DNA from: Phycisphaerae bacterium
GTDB lineage: Bacteria; Planctomycetota; Phycisphaerae; UBA1845; Fen-1342
NCBI GenBank assembly: GCA_963675745.2
Contig: CAXXWX010000026.1
Span: forward strand, 96,001-160,000
Reading direction: 5' to 3'
DNA: 64,000 nucleotides
Part shown: positions 44,401 to 54,183 of the stretch, one piece after another
How the letters are laid out: every line of letters starts with the position of its first letter
Position numbering within the stretch: position 1 is the first letter of the stretch
The notes under the pieces: generated by a model
Told to the model about the DNA's origin: nothing
What the model saw: the letters and a program-made list of their open reading frames with translations, nothing else
Database searches by the model: none
Translations under genes and position numbers: made by a program

Positions 44401-46106
44401 CGAGAACTTCGTGATAGTAGCCTTCCGCCTCGGCGTACGCGCCCATGCGCTCGAGCACAAAGGCCATGTTGTTGATCGACGTCAGAGTTCTCGGATGGTC
44501 GTCGCCCAATATACGACGGCGGGTCTGCAACACGTCGCGAAAATACGTCGCGGCCTCTTCATAGCGGCCCATTTTCTCCAAAAGCCAGCCCAGGTTGTTG
44601 ACCGTGGTCAGCGTATTGGGGTGATCCACGCCGAGCACGCGCCGGCAGCCGTCGACCGCCTCACGTTGGTAGTGCTCCGCCTCGCTGTACCTGCCCAGCG
44701 TAACCAGCACACTGCCCAGACTGCTGAGCGTTGCCAGTGTTCCGTAATGCTCGTCGCCAAACACGCGCTGCCTGATTTCCAGGGCCTCGCGGAGATGACG
44801 CTCGGCCTCCGCGTACTTGCCCATCTGGGCCAACAGCAGCCCCATGCCATTGATGATCGTCAACGTGCGCGAATCTTCATCGCCACAGACCTTGCGGAAC
44901 CCGGCCAATGCCTCACGGTAGTACGGCTCGGCTTCCTTGGGCTTTGCGCATGTAGATAAGCGCTGTGCCCATGCTACCGATGGCCTCCAGTGTCCGAGTG
45001 TCTTCCGGGCCCAGGACACGCCGCGCGGTCGCGATGGCCCGTCCATAGACTGTAGCGGCATCCTGGTAGGCGCCCATGTCGAGGAGGATGTCACCCAGGC
45101 CTCTGAGCGCGTTCAACGTGTCTGGGTTGTCGGGGCCAAGCAGTCGGCACCTCGCCGCAAGAGCCGCGCGGGTCAACGCCCCCGCCCGCGCAGCGTCGCC
45201 ATTCTGTTTCGTCGACACCGCCAGGTTGACCAGGCTCACCACCGTATGGGGATGCTCGCCGCCCAGAGACGCCTGCCAGTGCGCCCACGCCTGTCGATAG
45301 AGCACTTCGGCGGCCTCTTCGCCGCCATTTTCCCGCAACAGCGATCCGAGATCGTTGAGTAGTCTGGCCACGTCCGGGTGCTCGTCACCCAGCATGTGGC
45401 GACGGATCGCCAATTGCTGTCCGATTTCCGCCAGTGTCTGGTCCGTTGTTGTCTCTTCTGATTCGGACCTAGCACGGTAGGCGGCGCTCAGGCCGACGCG
45501 CCCTTCAGGCGGGAGTCTCAGTTGATGACGCAAGTCGTCGATCAGCCGCTGAGCGTCGCCGATCTCGAACCAGGTAGCCGGCGCACCGTCAGCATTCGTC
45601 CAACCGGACTGATATCTCTCGCGGATCGCCAGCACACGTTCGGCCAGTTCCAGCGCCTCGGCTAACGCGGCGTCTTGCGCCTCGGTGTCGTCACCTTGAA
45701 GGCCGCTGCGGCGTAGTCCGTCGACGCGTTCCTTGAGTGCATCAACTTCGAGTTTGACATCCTCGGGCAGCTCAGGCCTCGGCAACGCGGCCCCATCGAG
45801 CAGCGCCAGGACTTCCTCCAACGTCGGGATCGGCGCCAATGAGCTGAGAATCTCGTCAGTCGTCGGCGGGCTCAGGCTCTTGATGAACGCATCCAGATCA
45901 AACGCCGCCCCGATCGCCAGCAGCTCCTCTTCACTCATTGACCGCTCAGCGCCCTCTCGAGACGCGGCGGTTTGTTCGGCATCGACGTCACCGTTTCCTC
46001 GGGAGTTCGCTGTCTGGCCACAAGCCGCATGAGCCGTGACCGTTGTCATGGATAGAGCCACCGCCAGGAAGGCGCCGTGCGTGATCCAACTGCTTTTGCG
46101 TCCCAT
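41483..46106 (-). CDS. Secreted TPR-CHAT protease with PDZ insertion (copy 1); apparent +1 frameshift near 44940-44945
   Basis: Signal peptide MGRKSSW...TAHA; ~14 42-aa TPRs; HFATHG and LSACQT dyad; SLWKVDD; HPYYWSAFVLYGD; PDZ GVLVASVLPGSNAERGGLRAGDVVLSYDG. Removing one base restores an exact 42-aa repeat and gives 1540 aa. Confidence 0.88.
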
Positions 46107-46190
46107 GCTTGTTCCCCGATGGTTGATCAACGTTGTTCGTGGTCCGCGTCGTGCCGGTCTCAACTGCGCCCTGGGAGGAATCGACAATCG

Positions 46191-47984
46191 CTACGGCTCC
46201 CTGGGCCGAACCGGCATCGCTATGACTCGCACGGCATCAAACGCGGGGTCGCCGGCGAGTTGCCGCGCGACCGCCTCCATGGCGCCGGGCGCAGTCCGAT
46301 GCTCCATCTCAATGCCGCGATTGCCGGGCTCCTGACGCCAGATGGCCTGGCCGTCCGAAGTCCACACGGTCGGCGTGTTGGCGGCGAATGAACCTGGATT
46401 CGAGCTGCGCCACGCCGCTTCGAGCAATGCGCGGCCCGGCCAGTCCGCGTAGCGCGGCAACGGCTCCCGTGAAGCTACCACTGCGAACGCTTGCAGGCCC
46501 GGCCCGTCGGTCAAGTGATAATGCACGTTTCCGCCGGGATAACGCGCTGCGGCAAGCCGATCCGGCGGAACGCCATCCTGCCGAGGGTACTTGCAGGATA
46601 CGCTGCCGTTCGTGTCAAAGACCAGCAGGTAGTAATAGGCCGGTTGGCTTAACGTTGTTGCAAGCTGGACACCGTCGTCGCCGACGACCGCCCAGGAATC
46701 CACGCCGATCCGGCCGAGCAGTCGGCCGGCGGAATTCGGATCGCGGTAGTCGTCGTAACGATAGTGCTCCAGCGCCAGCGGATCGATGCGCAGGTCGCCG
46801 GCCATCGCGCGTTTGGTCTGGTGACCCTTCATTGGCTCGATGGGCTTTGGCCAGATACCGTTTGCGAATGCGATCATCGCGATCACGGCCGCGGCGATTG
46901 CGCCGATCCAGATCCACGCCCCGCGACGAGGTGGAGCAATTTCCACCGCGGCGCCCCCGGCATTCCGAAGCGCGTCGGCGACGTCCTTCATCGACGGAAA
47001 ACGCTGGCTCTTGTCCTTGGCGATGCAGCGTTTGATGGCCCTGGTCAGTGCCGGTGCCACACCCCGGGTCAGCTCTTGCAGCGCGCGCTGCGGCACCAGT
47101 GACTCGTGCGGCGACACACCGGTGAGCAATTCCGACAGCAGCACGCCTAGCGCGTACTGATCCGCCGCCGGCGTACCGGGCCCCTCGGGGGGGCAGTAGC
47201 CACGCGTGAAGCCGCGCCCGCTGGATTCATCCTCGCTGCGCCGCATGAGCCCGTAGTCGGTCAGTTTCCACGCGCCGCCGTGGCGGATCACGTTGCCGGG
47301 CTTTACATCGGCGTGTACAGCGCCGCACTCGTGCAAATGCGCGAGAGCATCGGCGAGCGCGGCCCCGATCTGGGCCGCTTCGCGGGCCGGCAGGTGTCCG
47401 GCGCGGTTGAGCTTGATGCGCAGCGTCAGCGGCTGATAGTCACCAGGAACCACGACCGGCGAGCTGCCGTTGGCGTTGTCGGCCAGCGGCATGAGGGCGT
47501 AAAGCCAGTCACCGGCCGCCCCGACATCCTCGATGGCCAGCAAATGCGGGTGTTCGCCGACGCGCTGCTTGAGCGTTCGCAGGCCGTCCAACTCGAGTGG
47601 CGTGTCGCGACGGAAGAGCTTGGCCGCGCGAAAGTGCTCGGTGTAAGTGTTCCGCGCCAGCCAGACCTGGCCAAAGCCACCCTTCCCCAACAGACGCAGC
47701 AGCTCGTGGTTCGGAATCTGCACAGGCGGTTCACACGCGGTTTCGGGCTGCACAGCCCCGTCAGAGGCCGGCTGCGGGGAGGTGATCGTCTCGTCTGGCG
47801 CGCCAGGTGATGAAGTCAGCACGGGGTCCAGGTTTGCCCGCCTGGCCACGAAGTCGGCGAAGCCACCATCGAAGCCGCGCCGACAAGCCCGCTCAAAGGC
47901 CTCATGCACCGACTCCAGCCAGCCGCCATCAGTCCGGCGTGATGGCTCGTCGCGCTCCCCGGTATGATTGCTGCTGCTCGCCAT
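46191..47984 (-). CDS. Membrane Ser/Thr protein kinase with extracytoplasmic DUF4384-like domain
   Basis: LGKGGFGQV, AAK, HADVKPGN, DYG, TRGYCPPE, DQYALG; TM WIWIGAIAAAVIAMIAF; GDDGVQL..SQPAYYYLLVFDTNG...GLQAFAVVASREPL. Confidence 0.88.
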   Translation of the reverse strand: MASSSNHTGERDEPSRRTDGGWLESVHEAFERACRRGFDGGFADFVARRANLDPVLTSSPGAPDETITSPQPASDGAVQPETACEPPVQIPNHELLRLLGKGGFGQVWLARNTYTEHFRAAKLFRRDTPLELDGLRTLKQRVGEHPHLLAIEDVGAAGDWLYALMPLADNANGSSPVVVPGDYQPLTLRIKLNRAGHLPAREAAQIGAALADALAHLHECGAVHADVKPGNVIRHGGAWKLTDYGLMRRSEDESSGRGFTRGYCPPEGPGTPAADQYALGVLLSELLTGVSPHESLVPQRALQELTRGVAPALTRAIKRCIAKDKSQRFPSMKDVADALRNAGGAAVEIAPPRRGAWIWIGAIAAAVIAMIAFANGIWPKPIEPMKGHQTKRAMAGDLRIDPLALEHYRYDDYRDPNSAGRLLGRIGVDSWAVVGDDGVQLATTLSQPAYYYLLVFDTNGSVSCKYPRQDGVPPDRLAAARYPGGNVHYHLTDGPGLQAFAVVASREPLPRYADWPGRALLEAAWRSSNPGSFAANTPTVWTSDGQAIWRQEPGNRGIEMEHRTAPGAMEAVARQLAGDPAFDAVRVIAMPVRPREP

Positions 47985-47987
47985 GGG

Positions 47988-50900
47988 TCACTCCGAATCG
48001 CCGTAGAGGACAAAGGCGGACCAATAGTATGGATGTTCGTAGGGTCGGCGTACACTGGTTGCATCCGGTGCCGCGTGGTGTGTCATCTCTGTCCCACGGT
48101 CGGCAGCCGGGACATTGTCCACCATCGCAAGCGGCCCGGTGCTTTGTAGCTTGCGCACCTCGTCCCGCGTCAGGTGTCGCAGCCAACGCTTGGCCTCATC
48201 CAGCGCGGCCAGTTTTGGCATTGGCGTGCTCGGGACATACGTCCGGCCATGCACTTCACGTGGTTGGCTGTACGTCCCCAGCAGGTTCTCGTAGAACCGC
48301 GTCATCAGCAAGCTCGTCGCGGTGTCATCCACTTTCCAAAGGCTGGCGATCACCGTCTCCGCGCCTGCGGCGAAGAAACCAAGCGGCAAGGTCATCATGC
48401 TGCCACCGCGCTGTACGCCACGGCCGGTATCGCAGGCGCTGAGCACGACCAGCTCGGTGCCGTCGAGACGCCCCAGCCAGCGCTGGAACAACTCGTCGAG
48501 TGTCAGGAAGCCAATGTCGTCCGGCGTCGGCTTGTCGGGACGCGCCAGCGCCAGGCTGGCCTGCTCGGGATGGTCGGCATTGCCCGTGAGCCCGTGCGTG
48601 GCCAAGTGCAAGATGCGCGGCGGCTTTTTGCCGAAGGACACATTGCGCAGGCGCGGGGCCGATGCGGCGCCGCCAAGCAGGGTGACTGGTTCGACGCCAG
48701 CTTGATCCAGAAGCTCCGCAATCGCACCCGCTTCGCGCCGCGTGCCGGGCAGAGGCCTGAGCGACCCGCCGTGCAGGCGGATCTGGTCGAGCGCAGTGGC
48801 GTCGGCCCACTGTTCACTCGGCGCCTGATCGAAGAATGCCATTGAACGCAAGCCGGAGGCGGGCGAAGCCGGCGACGGCACGATTCCCAAGCGTCCGACG
48901 GCCAGGCGCGCTTCGAACGTCTCACCGTCACGCCACACGCCGGCAACAACAGGGCGACTGCTGTCGTCCCGGCTTTCGCCCGCAAAGCGTTTACTCGCGG
49001 CTGCAATGGCCGGGCCCAAGTCAGCGACGCTGCGCAGCGATTGCTCGGCATAGCTGAGCAGCACATCACCACGCCGCAGGCCGCCAGCAGCGGCATTGGA
49101 GCCGCGCTGCACCATCGCCAGCAGCACGCCACCCTCCGGATATTTCGGCTCAGCGACTCCGCCGCCGCCGAAATCGGGATCGCCTATCACAACTGCCCGC
49201 GCCGCGACCGCCCGCGCCCGCGCGGCGGCCCGGCGACGATCCATGGCGACGGTCGCCGATGGTGCGTATGCAATCGGCTTGTCCTCGGTCAGAAGTTCGA
49301 ACGGGATACCGTGCAGCGGCCCATCCGGGACAACGATCAACGTTGCGGCGTCGGCGATCGTGGCCTGCAACATTGCCGGTAGCAACGCCTCTCGCAGCTC
49401 AGCAACCGATGTCGGATTCAAAACCCGCGCTGTGCTCGGGCGCTTGGCAAGCGGTTCTCGGAGCCGCATAACCAGCTTCTCCAGCCGCTGGACCTCTTGC
49501 GGGCCCTTGGACAAGCGCCAACCCTGCACGCCGTTCCGATCGGCCGCAAGAACCGCCACGAGGTCGTCGGTCCAAATGATTGACAGCAGCATCTCGCCGG
49601 TTGCCAGAGCCGATTGAATCTCTGACACCTGCAACGGCTCAGCGGCCGGGATCAGATGTCGAATCTCGGCGAAGACTGCGGCGGCCTTTTCGCCGAGTTG
49701 GCGACGCAGGCTCGTCACCCGCGCATCCGCTTCCGTGATAAGTTGATCGAACTCGGCGACTTTGGTCGCGCGCTCGGTATCGGTCAGCGATTCGAGCGCT
49801 TCACAGGCTTTGCGCTGTCCGCGCAGGACCGGCAGGCGCCATTCAGCGGCGCGCACAGCCGTCTGCGCCGCGGCCTCAGCTTTCAGAGCCTGTTCGAGCC
49901 GCGCCGCGGCTCCGGTGTCACTGTTCGCGCGGGCCGCGCCGATCAGGTCCGGCTCTTCGCGCGATAGCAGGTCCAATGCCGCCCGCGCGCGGCCCCGCTC
50001 AGCGACCGCCAACGCTTCCACGAAACGCTTGTCCTCAATCAGCAGATCGCAATAGGCCGCCGCGATGGCGGAGAGGCGCAGCCGGCCCGCGAAAGCCGCC
50101 CGCTCCTGCAACCCGCCGACGACATCGACGCGCAGGCGCTCCGCCGCGGCCAGCGTCTCCCGATAGAGCGGCTCGGCATCCGCCAGCCGGCCCTGCGCCG
50201 CCAGCGTGCGGCCCAGGCTGTTGATGGTCGCGAGCGTTCGTGGGTGCTCAGCGCCCAGCGCGCGACGACTTATTTCCGCCACACGCCGCAAGCAACGCTC
50301 GGCCTCCGCCGGTTTGTGCTGTGCGAAAAGCAGGGCGCCCATGTTGTTGAGCGCAGCAAGCGCGGCGGGATGTTCCTCGCCCAGCACGCGGCGGGTGCCC
50401 TCCAGGGCCTGTCGATAGTACGGCTCCGCCTCCGCCAACCGGCCCTGCAATTCGAGCAAAACGCCCATGTCGTCCAGCGAGCGCAGCGTCTCCGGGTGAT
50501 CCACGCCCAGAACGCGCTTGCGGCCCTCCAACGCCTGCCGCAGGTACGGCTCGGCCTCGGACAGTCGACCACGCTCCGCCAGCAAGATCCCCATGTTCTG
50601 GAGCGAAGCCAGCGTGTCAGGGTGCTCGTCACCCAGCGCGTATTGCCGGTCCTCGAGCGCCTGCAGCAAATACATTTCCGCCTCGGTATAACGCCCCTGT
50701 TCCTGAAGCAGAGCGCCCACACTGCTGATTGCGCTGAGGGTGTCAGGGTGGCTATCGCCCAAAACGCGGCGGCGGCCTTCCAGCACCTGTCGCCAGTACG
50801 GTTCCGCCTCGGACAGTTGGCCCCGGGCCTGGAACAGGTACCCCATCCACGCAATCGAGCTCAGCGTGTCCAGATGCTCCGCGCCCAGTACGCGGCTGCG

Positions 50901-52457
50901 GAGATCCAGCGCCTGCCGCAAATACGGCTCGGCCTCGGACAGCCATCCCTGCTTCGCGAGCAGGGCCCCCATGTTGCTGATCAGCGTCAACGTGCTCGGG
51001 TGCTCCGCGCCGTAGACGCGCTGATGACCCTCCAGCGCCTGCCGGTAATAAGGCTCAGCCTCGGCAAGCCGGCCCTGCGCGACGAGCAAAAGGCCCATCC
51101 TGTTCATCGATTCCAGCGTCTCTGGGTGATCGGCGCCAAGTACATGCAGTTGGCCGTCCAGCGCCTGTCGGCAATACGCCTCGGCTTCGGGCAGGCGACC
51201 TTGTGATCGAAGCAGAGAACCCATTCTGCTCAGCGACATCAGCGTTTCCGGGTGGTTCGCACCCAGAGTGCGGCGACGGCCCTCCAACGCACGCCGATAG
51301 TACTGCTCGGCTTCCACAAGTTGGCCCTGCGCCTCGAACAGACTGCCCAGATTGTTGCAGCTGGTCAGCGTATTGGGGTGATCCTCGCCCAGCAAACGTT
51401 GCTGGCCCTCCAGTGCCAGCCGCCAGTAGTGCCCGGCTTCGGCCAGCCGACCCTGGGCATGAAGCAGCACGCCCATGTTGTTAACCGCAGTCAGGGTGCT
51501 TGCGTGATCCTCGCCCAGCACACGGCGGCGCCCTTCCAGTGTCTGCCGATAGTATGGCTCGGCCTCACCGAGCCGACGCTGCTCCATAAGCAGGATGCCC
51601 AGGTTGCTGGCGGCGGTCAGTGTTTCCGGGTGTTCCGCGCCCAGCACGCGGCAATAGCCCTCCAGTGCCTGCCGATAGTATGGCTCAGCCTCGCACAGGC
51701 GCCTCTGCGATCGAAGCAGGCGCGCCAGCCAGGCAATCGAGTTCAGCGTTTCCGGGTGTTCCGCCCCCAGTGTGCGACGATAGCCCTCCAGTGCCTGCCG
51801 CCAATACTGCTCGGCCTGCGCCAGTTGGCCTTGGGACTGAAGCAGGCAACCGACCCAGGACTGCGCGCTGAGTGTGTCCAGTTGCTCTTCGCCAAGTGTA
51901 CGACGGCAGATGCTGAGTTTGCGCTTGGCCAGCGCCAGGGCTTGGGCATGCTCCCGGGCAGCGTAGAGGCGGGCGAGTTCGGCCTCCGCCCCATCGAGCG
52001 AGGCGATCTCAGCCCGGGAACCGGCATCGAGCGCGCGTAACCGACGCAAGCGTTCGAGCTTCCTTGTCGCGTGAACTACCTCGTACCACACGCTCGGTTC
52101 ACCGGACGTTTCGCGCCAACGAACCACCTCCAGCGTGTTTCCCTGATGCTTCTCACGCAGCCCTAGCACGCGTTCGGCAAGCCGGATTGCCTCATCGAGC
52201 GCGGCATCCTGCTTCACCGTCGACTCCATCGTCAGCCCGTGCTTCTCCAAATCAGCGACCCGCTGCTCCAATCCGGCCACCTCCGCCGCGAGTTCTTCCG
52301 GCAATGTCGGGCGCGTAATTTCGAGTGGGCGGAGTTCCGCCGGTGGCCGGTTGGGGTCGGGCGTCGCTGTGGCAATGCTTGGCTGAGCAACGCAAGCCAG
52401 CAAAGCAGCGATCAGCATCGCTGATTCACTCAATCGGAGTGGGATGGCTGAGAGCAT
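47988..52457 (-). CDS. Probably secreted TPR-CHAT protease with PDZ insertion (copy 2)
   Basis: GGAGG before ATG; hydrophobic N-terminus MLIAALLACVA; ~14 42-aa TPRs; VPDGPLHGIPFE, HLATHG, LSACDT, SLWKVDD, HPYYWSAFVLYGD; PDZ GVLLAMVQRGSNAAAGGLRRGDVLLSY. Confidence 0.9.
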   Translation of the reverse strand: MLSAIPLRLSESAMLIAALLACVAQPSIATATPDPNRPPAELRPLEITRPTLPEELAAEVAGLEQRVADLEKHGLTMESTVKQDAALDEAIRLAERVLGLREKHQGNTLEVVRWRETSGEPSVWYEVVHATRKLERLRRLRALDAGSRAEIASLDGAEAELARLYAAREHAQALALAKRKLSICRRTLGEEQLDTLSAQSWVGCLLQSQGQLAQAEQYWRQALEGYRRTLGAEHPETLNSIAWLARLLRSQRRLCEAEPYYRQALEGYCRVLGAEHPETLTAASNLGILLMEQRRLGEAEPYYRQTLEGRRRVLGEDHASTLTAVNNMGVLLHAQGRLAEAGHYWRLALEGQQRLLGEDHPNTLTSCNNLGSLFEAQGQLVEAEQYYRRALEGRRRTLGANHPETLMSLSRMGSLLRSQGRLPEAEAYCRQALDGQLHVLGADHPETLESMNRMGLLLVAQGRLAEAEPYYRQALEGHQRVYGAEHPSTLTLISNMGALLAKQGWLSEAEPYLRQALDLRSRVLGAEHLDTLSSIAWMGYLFQARGQLSEAEPYWRQVLEGRRRVLGDSHPDTLSAISSVGALLQEQGRYTEAEMYLLQALEDRQYALGDEHPDTLASLQNMGILLAERGRLSEAEPYLRQALEGRKRVLGVDHPETLRSLDDMGVLLELQGRLAEAEPYYRQALEGTRRVLGEEHPAALAALNNMGALLFAQHKPAEAERCLRRVAEISRRALGAEHPRTLATINSLGRTLAAQGRLADAEPLYRETLAAAERLRVDVVGGLQERAAFAGRLRLSAIAAAYCDLLIEDKRFVEALAVAERGRARAALDLLSREEPDLIGAARANSDTGAAARLEQALKAEAAAQTAVRAAEWRLPVLRGQRKACEALESLTDTERATKVAEFDQLITEADARVTSLRRQLGEKAAAVFAEIRHLIPAAEPLQVSEIQSALATGEMLLSIIWTDDLVAVLAADRNGVQGWRLSKGPQEVQRLEKLVMRLREPLAKRPSTARVLNPTSVAELREALLPAMLQATIADAATLIVVPDGPLHGIPFELLTEDKPIAYAPSATVAMDRRRAAARARAVAARAVVIGDPDFGGGGVAEPKYPEGGVLLAMVQRGSNAAAGGLRRGDVLLSYAEQSLRSVADLGPAIAAASKRFAGESRDDSSRPVVAGVWRDGETFEARLAVGRLGIVPSPASPASGLRSMAFFDQAPSEQWADATALDQIRLHGGSLRPLPGTRREAGAIAELLDQAGVEPVTLLGGAASAPRLRNVSFGKKPPRILHLATHGLTGNADHPEQASLALARPDKPTPDDIGFLTLDELFQRWLGRLDGTELVVLSACDTGRGVQRGGSMMTLPLGFFAAGAETVIASLWKVDDTATSLLMTRFYENLLGTYSQPREVHGRTYVPSTPMPKLAALDEAKRWLRHLTRDEVRKLQSTGPLAMVDNVPAADRGTEMTHHAAPDATSVRRPYEHPYYWSAFVLYGDSE

Positions 52458-53161
52458 TGCCCGGACCCTCCCGAAAATGGTCCTTGCGAGATATGTGCAC
52501 TCCCCAGCAGAGTTACTATGGCAGCGCGATGCGGCCGCGCCAAGTGAAACGCCGGAATCAGGCCGCGCGCGGGCGCGGCACGACGCCCCCCCCCTGAGCC
52601 GTCGTGCCTGCGCCGCGTGGAACGTGTTCGCCGACTACACGGAAAAGACTTCCCAGAGTCTGGTGAGGATCGCCGACACGAACTCGCCCGCGTTGTAGAG
52701 CAACGGCTGAATGAAGGCCTGCTGATACATGTGCAATCTCCTCATGGCACGCGTGGCCAGGCGATGAATCCGGACGATCCGAATTCCTGCTCACGGTCGC
52801 CTGCTTACCGTGGCGGGCGGTCGCGATTGTGTTGCTCAAGCAACCGCCTGCCTTTCACCCCTTCATGCGTAATTGCGGGCGGACATTGCGGAAAACTCCT
52901 GTTTTTTTTCTGAGAGAGGAACGGAAGCCGACATGGACGACGTACTAACGGGCTTCAGGAGAGTCTGTTGCTCAGAAGTGTGCCACGGCTCTGTGAGCCG
53001 TGCGTTTTGCGGCAAGGCGGTACTGCTCAAGAGCACTCCACCCGTTTCATGACGACGGCCTGCGAGGCGCAGGCCGCTACTGTGCCATACGCGCAAGACA
53101 ATCGCATCGGAGACGGCGCTAGTGCGTAAGACGCCAGGGTTGCGCCGGGGAACCCACGTGA

Positions 53162-53725
53162 TCACGTGTCGAGGGTTGCCGCCCGCGCCAGCCAGTCCTT
53201 GGCCTTCTGCCAGTCGCGGCGAACAGTCTTGACCTCGACACCCAGAATGTCAGCGATGTCGGCGTCTTTCAGGCCGGCGAAAAACCGCAGCCGCACCACC
53301 TCCGCGGCGCGTGCGTCGACGTGCTCGAGTTTGCCCAGAACGGCGTTGACATCGACCGCATCGAGCGCGCGCTCATCGACGGCGATCTGGGCGGGGTCAA
53401 TATCGGCTCTCTGCGCCTCCCCGCCGCGCTTCGCCGTGCGCCGCTTGCGGGCCGCATCGATCAGCACCTGGCCCATGGCTTGGGCGAAGGCCCCGAACAG
53501 ATGACGCCGGTTCGCCAGCGCCGCCTCGTGCCCGCCGAATACCTTGCAAAACGCCTCGTTTACCAGAGCCGTCGGCTGCAATGTGTGATCCTGGCGCTCG
53601 CGCGCCATCCGGGCGGCGGCCATGGCGCGCAACTCATCCACAACCAGCGACATGAGCTGGTCGAGCGCTCCCGACTCTCCTGTCCTGACCCCTTGCAGCA
53701 GTTTCGTGATCTCGGCGGGTTCCAT
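53162..53725 (-). CDS. ECF sigma factor, TIGR02999/ECF43-type
   Basis: ITKLL..ALDQLMSLV.DELRAMA, HTLQPTALVNEAF, VVRLRFFAGL, TVRRDWQKAKDWL. Confidence 0.92.
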   Translation of the reverse strand: MEPAEITKLLQGVRTGESGALDQLMSLVVDELRAMAAARMARERQDHTLQPTALVNEAFCKVFGGHEAALANRRHLFGAFAQAMGQVLIDAARKRRTAKRGGEAQRADIDPAQIAVDERALDAVDVNAVLGKLEHVDARAAEVVRLRFFAGLKDADIADILGVEVKTVRRDWQKAKDWLARAATLDT

Positions 53726-53835
53726 CTGCGGGCGCTCGCCCCATCTGCTTTTGTCGGATTTGATGTCCGCGCGCCTGTACAGCGCCCGCATGGTACTACG
53801 AGGACCGCAGGGTAGCCACAGAAGGAGGAACTTCA

Positions 53836-54090
53836 ATGCACGACCAGGCAACAGACCAGGCAACAGACCAGGCAACCGCACCGGCCCCGCGTGTTCGCAC
53901 GGAAACCGGCCGCTGGCTCACGCACGCCGCCCGGCTCGTCCGCGATCCGCGGGCTGAGCTTGTGAGGCTCGTCCGTGAACTGCGCAATCAAACCTCGTTG
54001 CCAAGCGCCAGACGCCACCGAAGGCGCCACGCGGCCGCCGGGTTTGGCGGGCGTGACGCCAAGACACGTTTTGCCGAAGCAGAAGACTGA
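53836..54090 (+). CDS. Small basic hypothetical protein with DQAT repeats
   Basis: Strong AAGGAGG Shine-Dalgarno at normal spacing before ATG 53836; divergent from the sigma gene. Confidence 0.5.
   Translation: MHDQATDQATDQATAPAPRVRTETGRWLTHAARLVRDPRAELVRLVRELRNQTSLPSARRHRRRHAAAGFGGRDAKTRFAEAED
53842..53877 (+). repeat. 12-bp tandem repeat x3 (GACCAGGCAAC[A/C])
   Basis: GACCAGGCAACA GACCAGGCAACA GACCAGGCAACC read directly. Confidence 0.9.
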
Positions 54091-54183
54091 ACAGAGGACG
54101 CGCGGGCGCCGGTCAGATTCTCCCGGACCATCATAGACCGCCGCAGGCAAAACGTGCGGAACGGAATGACGATCGTACGCGCC

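Noticed and set aside
50190..51900. 126-bp periodicity as a CRISPR or non-coding array
   Set aside because: Degenerate in-frame 42-aa TPR coding repeats, with no constant repeat and unique spacer pattern
41483..53725. CRISPR type III-E Craspase locus (TPR-CHAT plus sigma)
   Set aside because: No cas7-11, csx30/31-like genes or array seen; the CHAT proteins carry signal-like peptides and flank a membrane kinase
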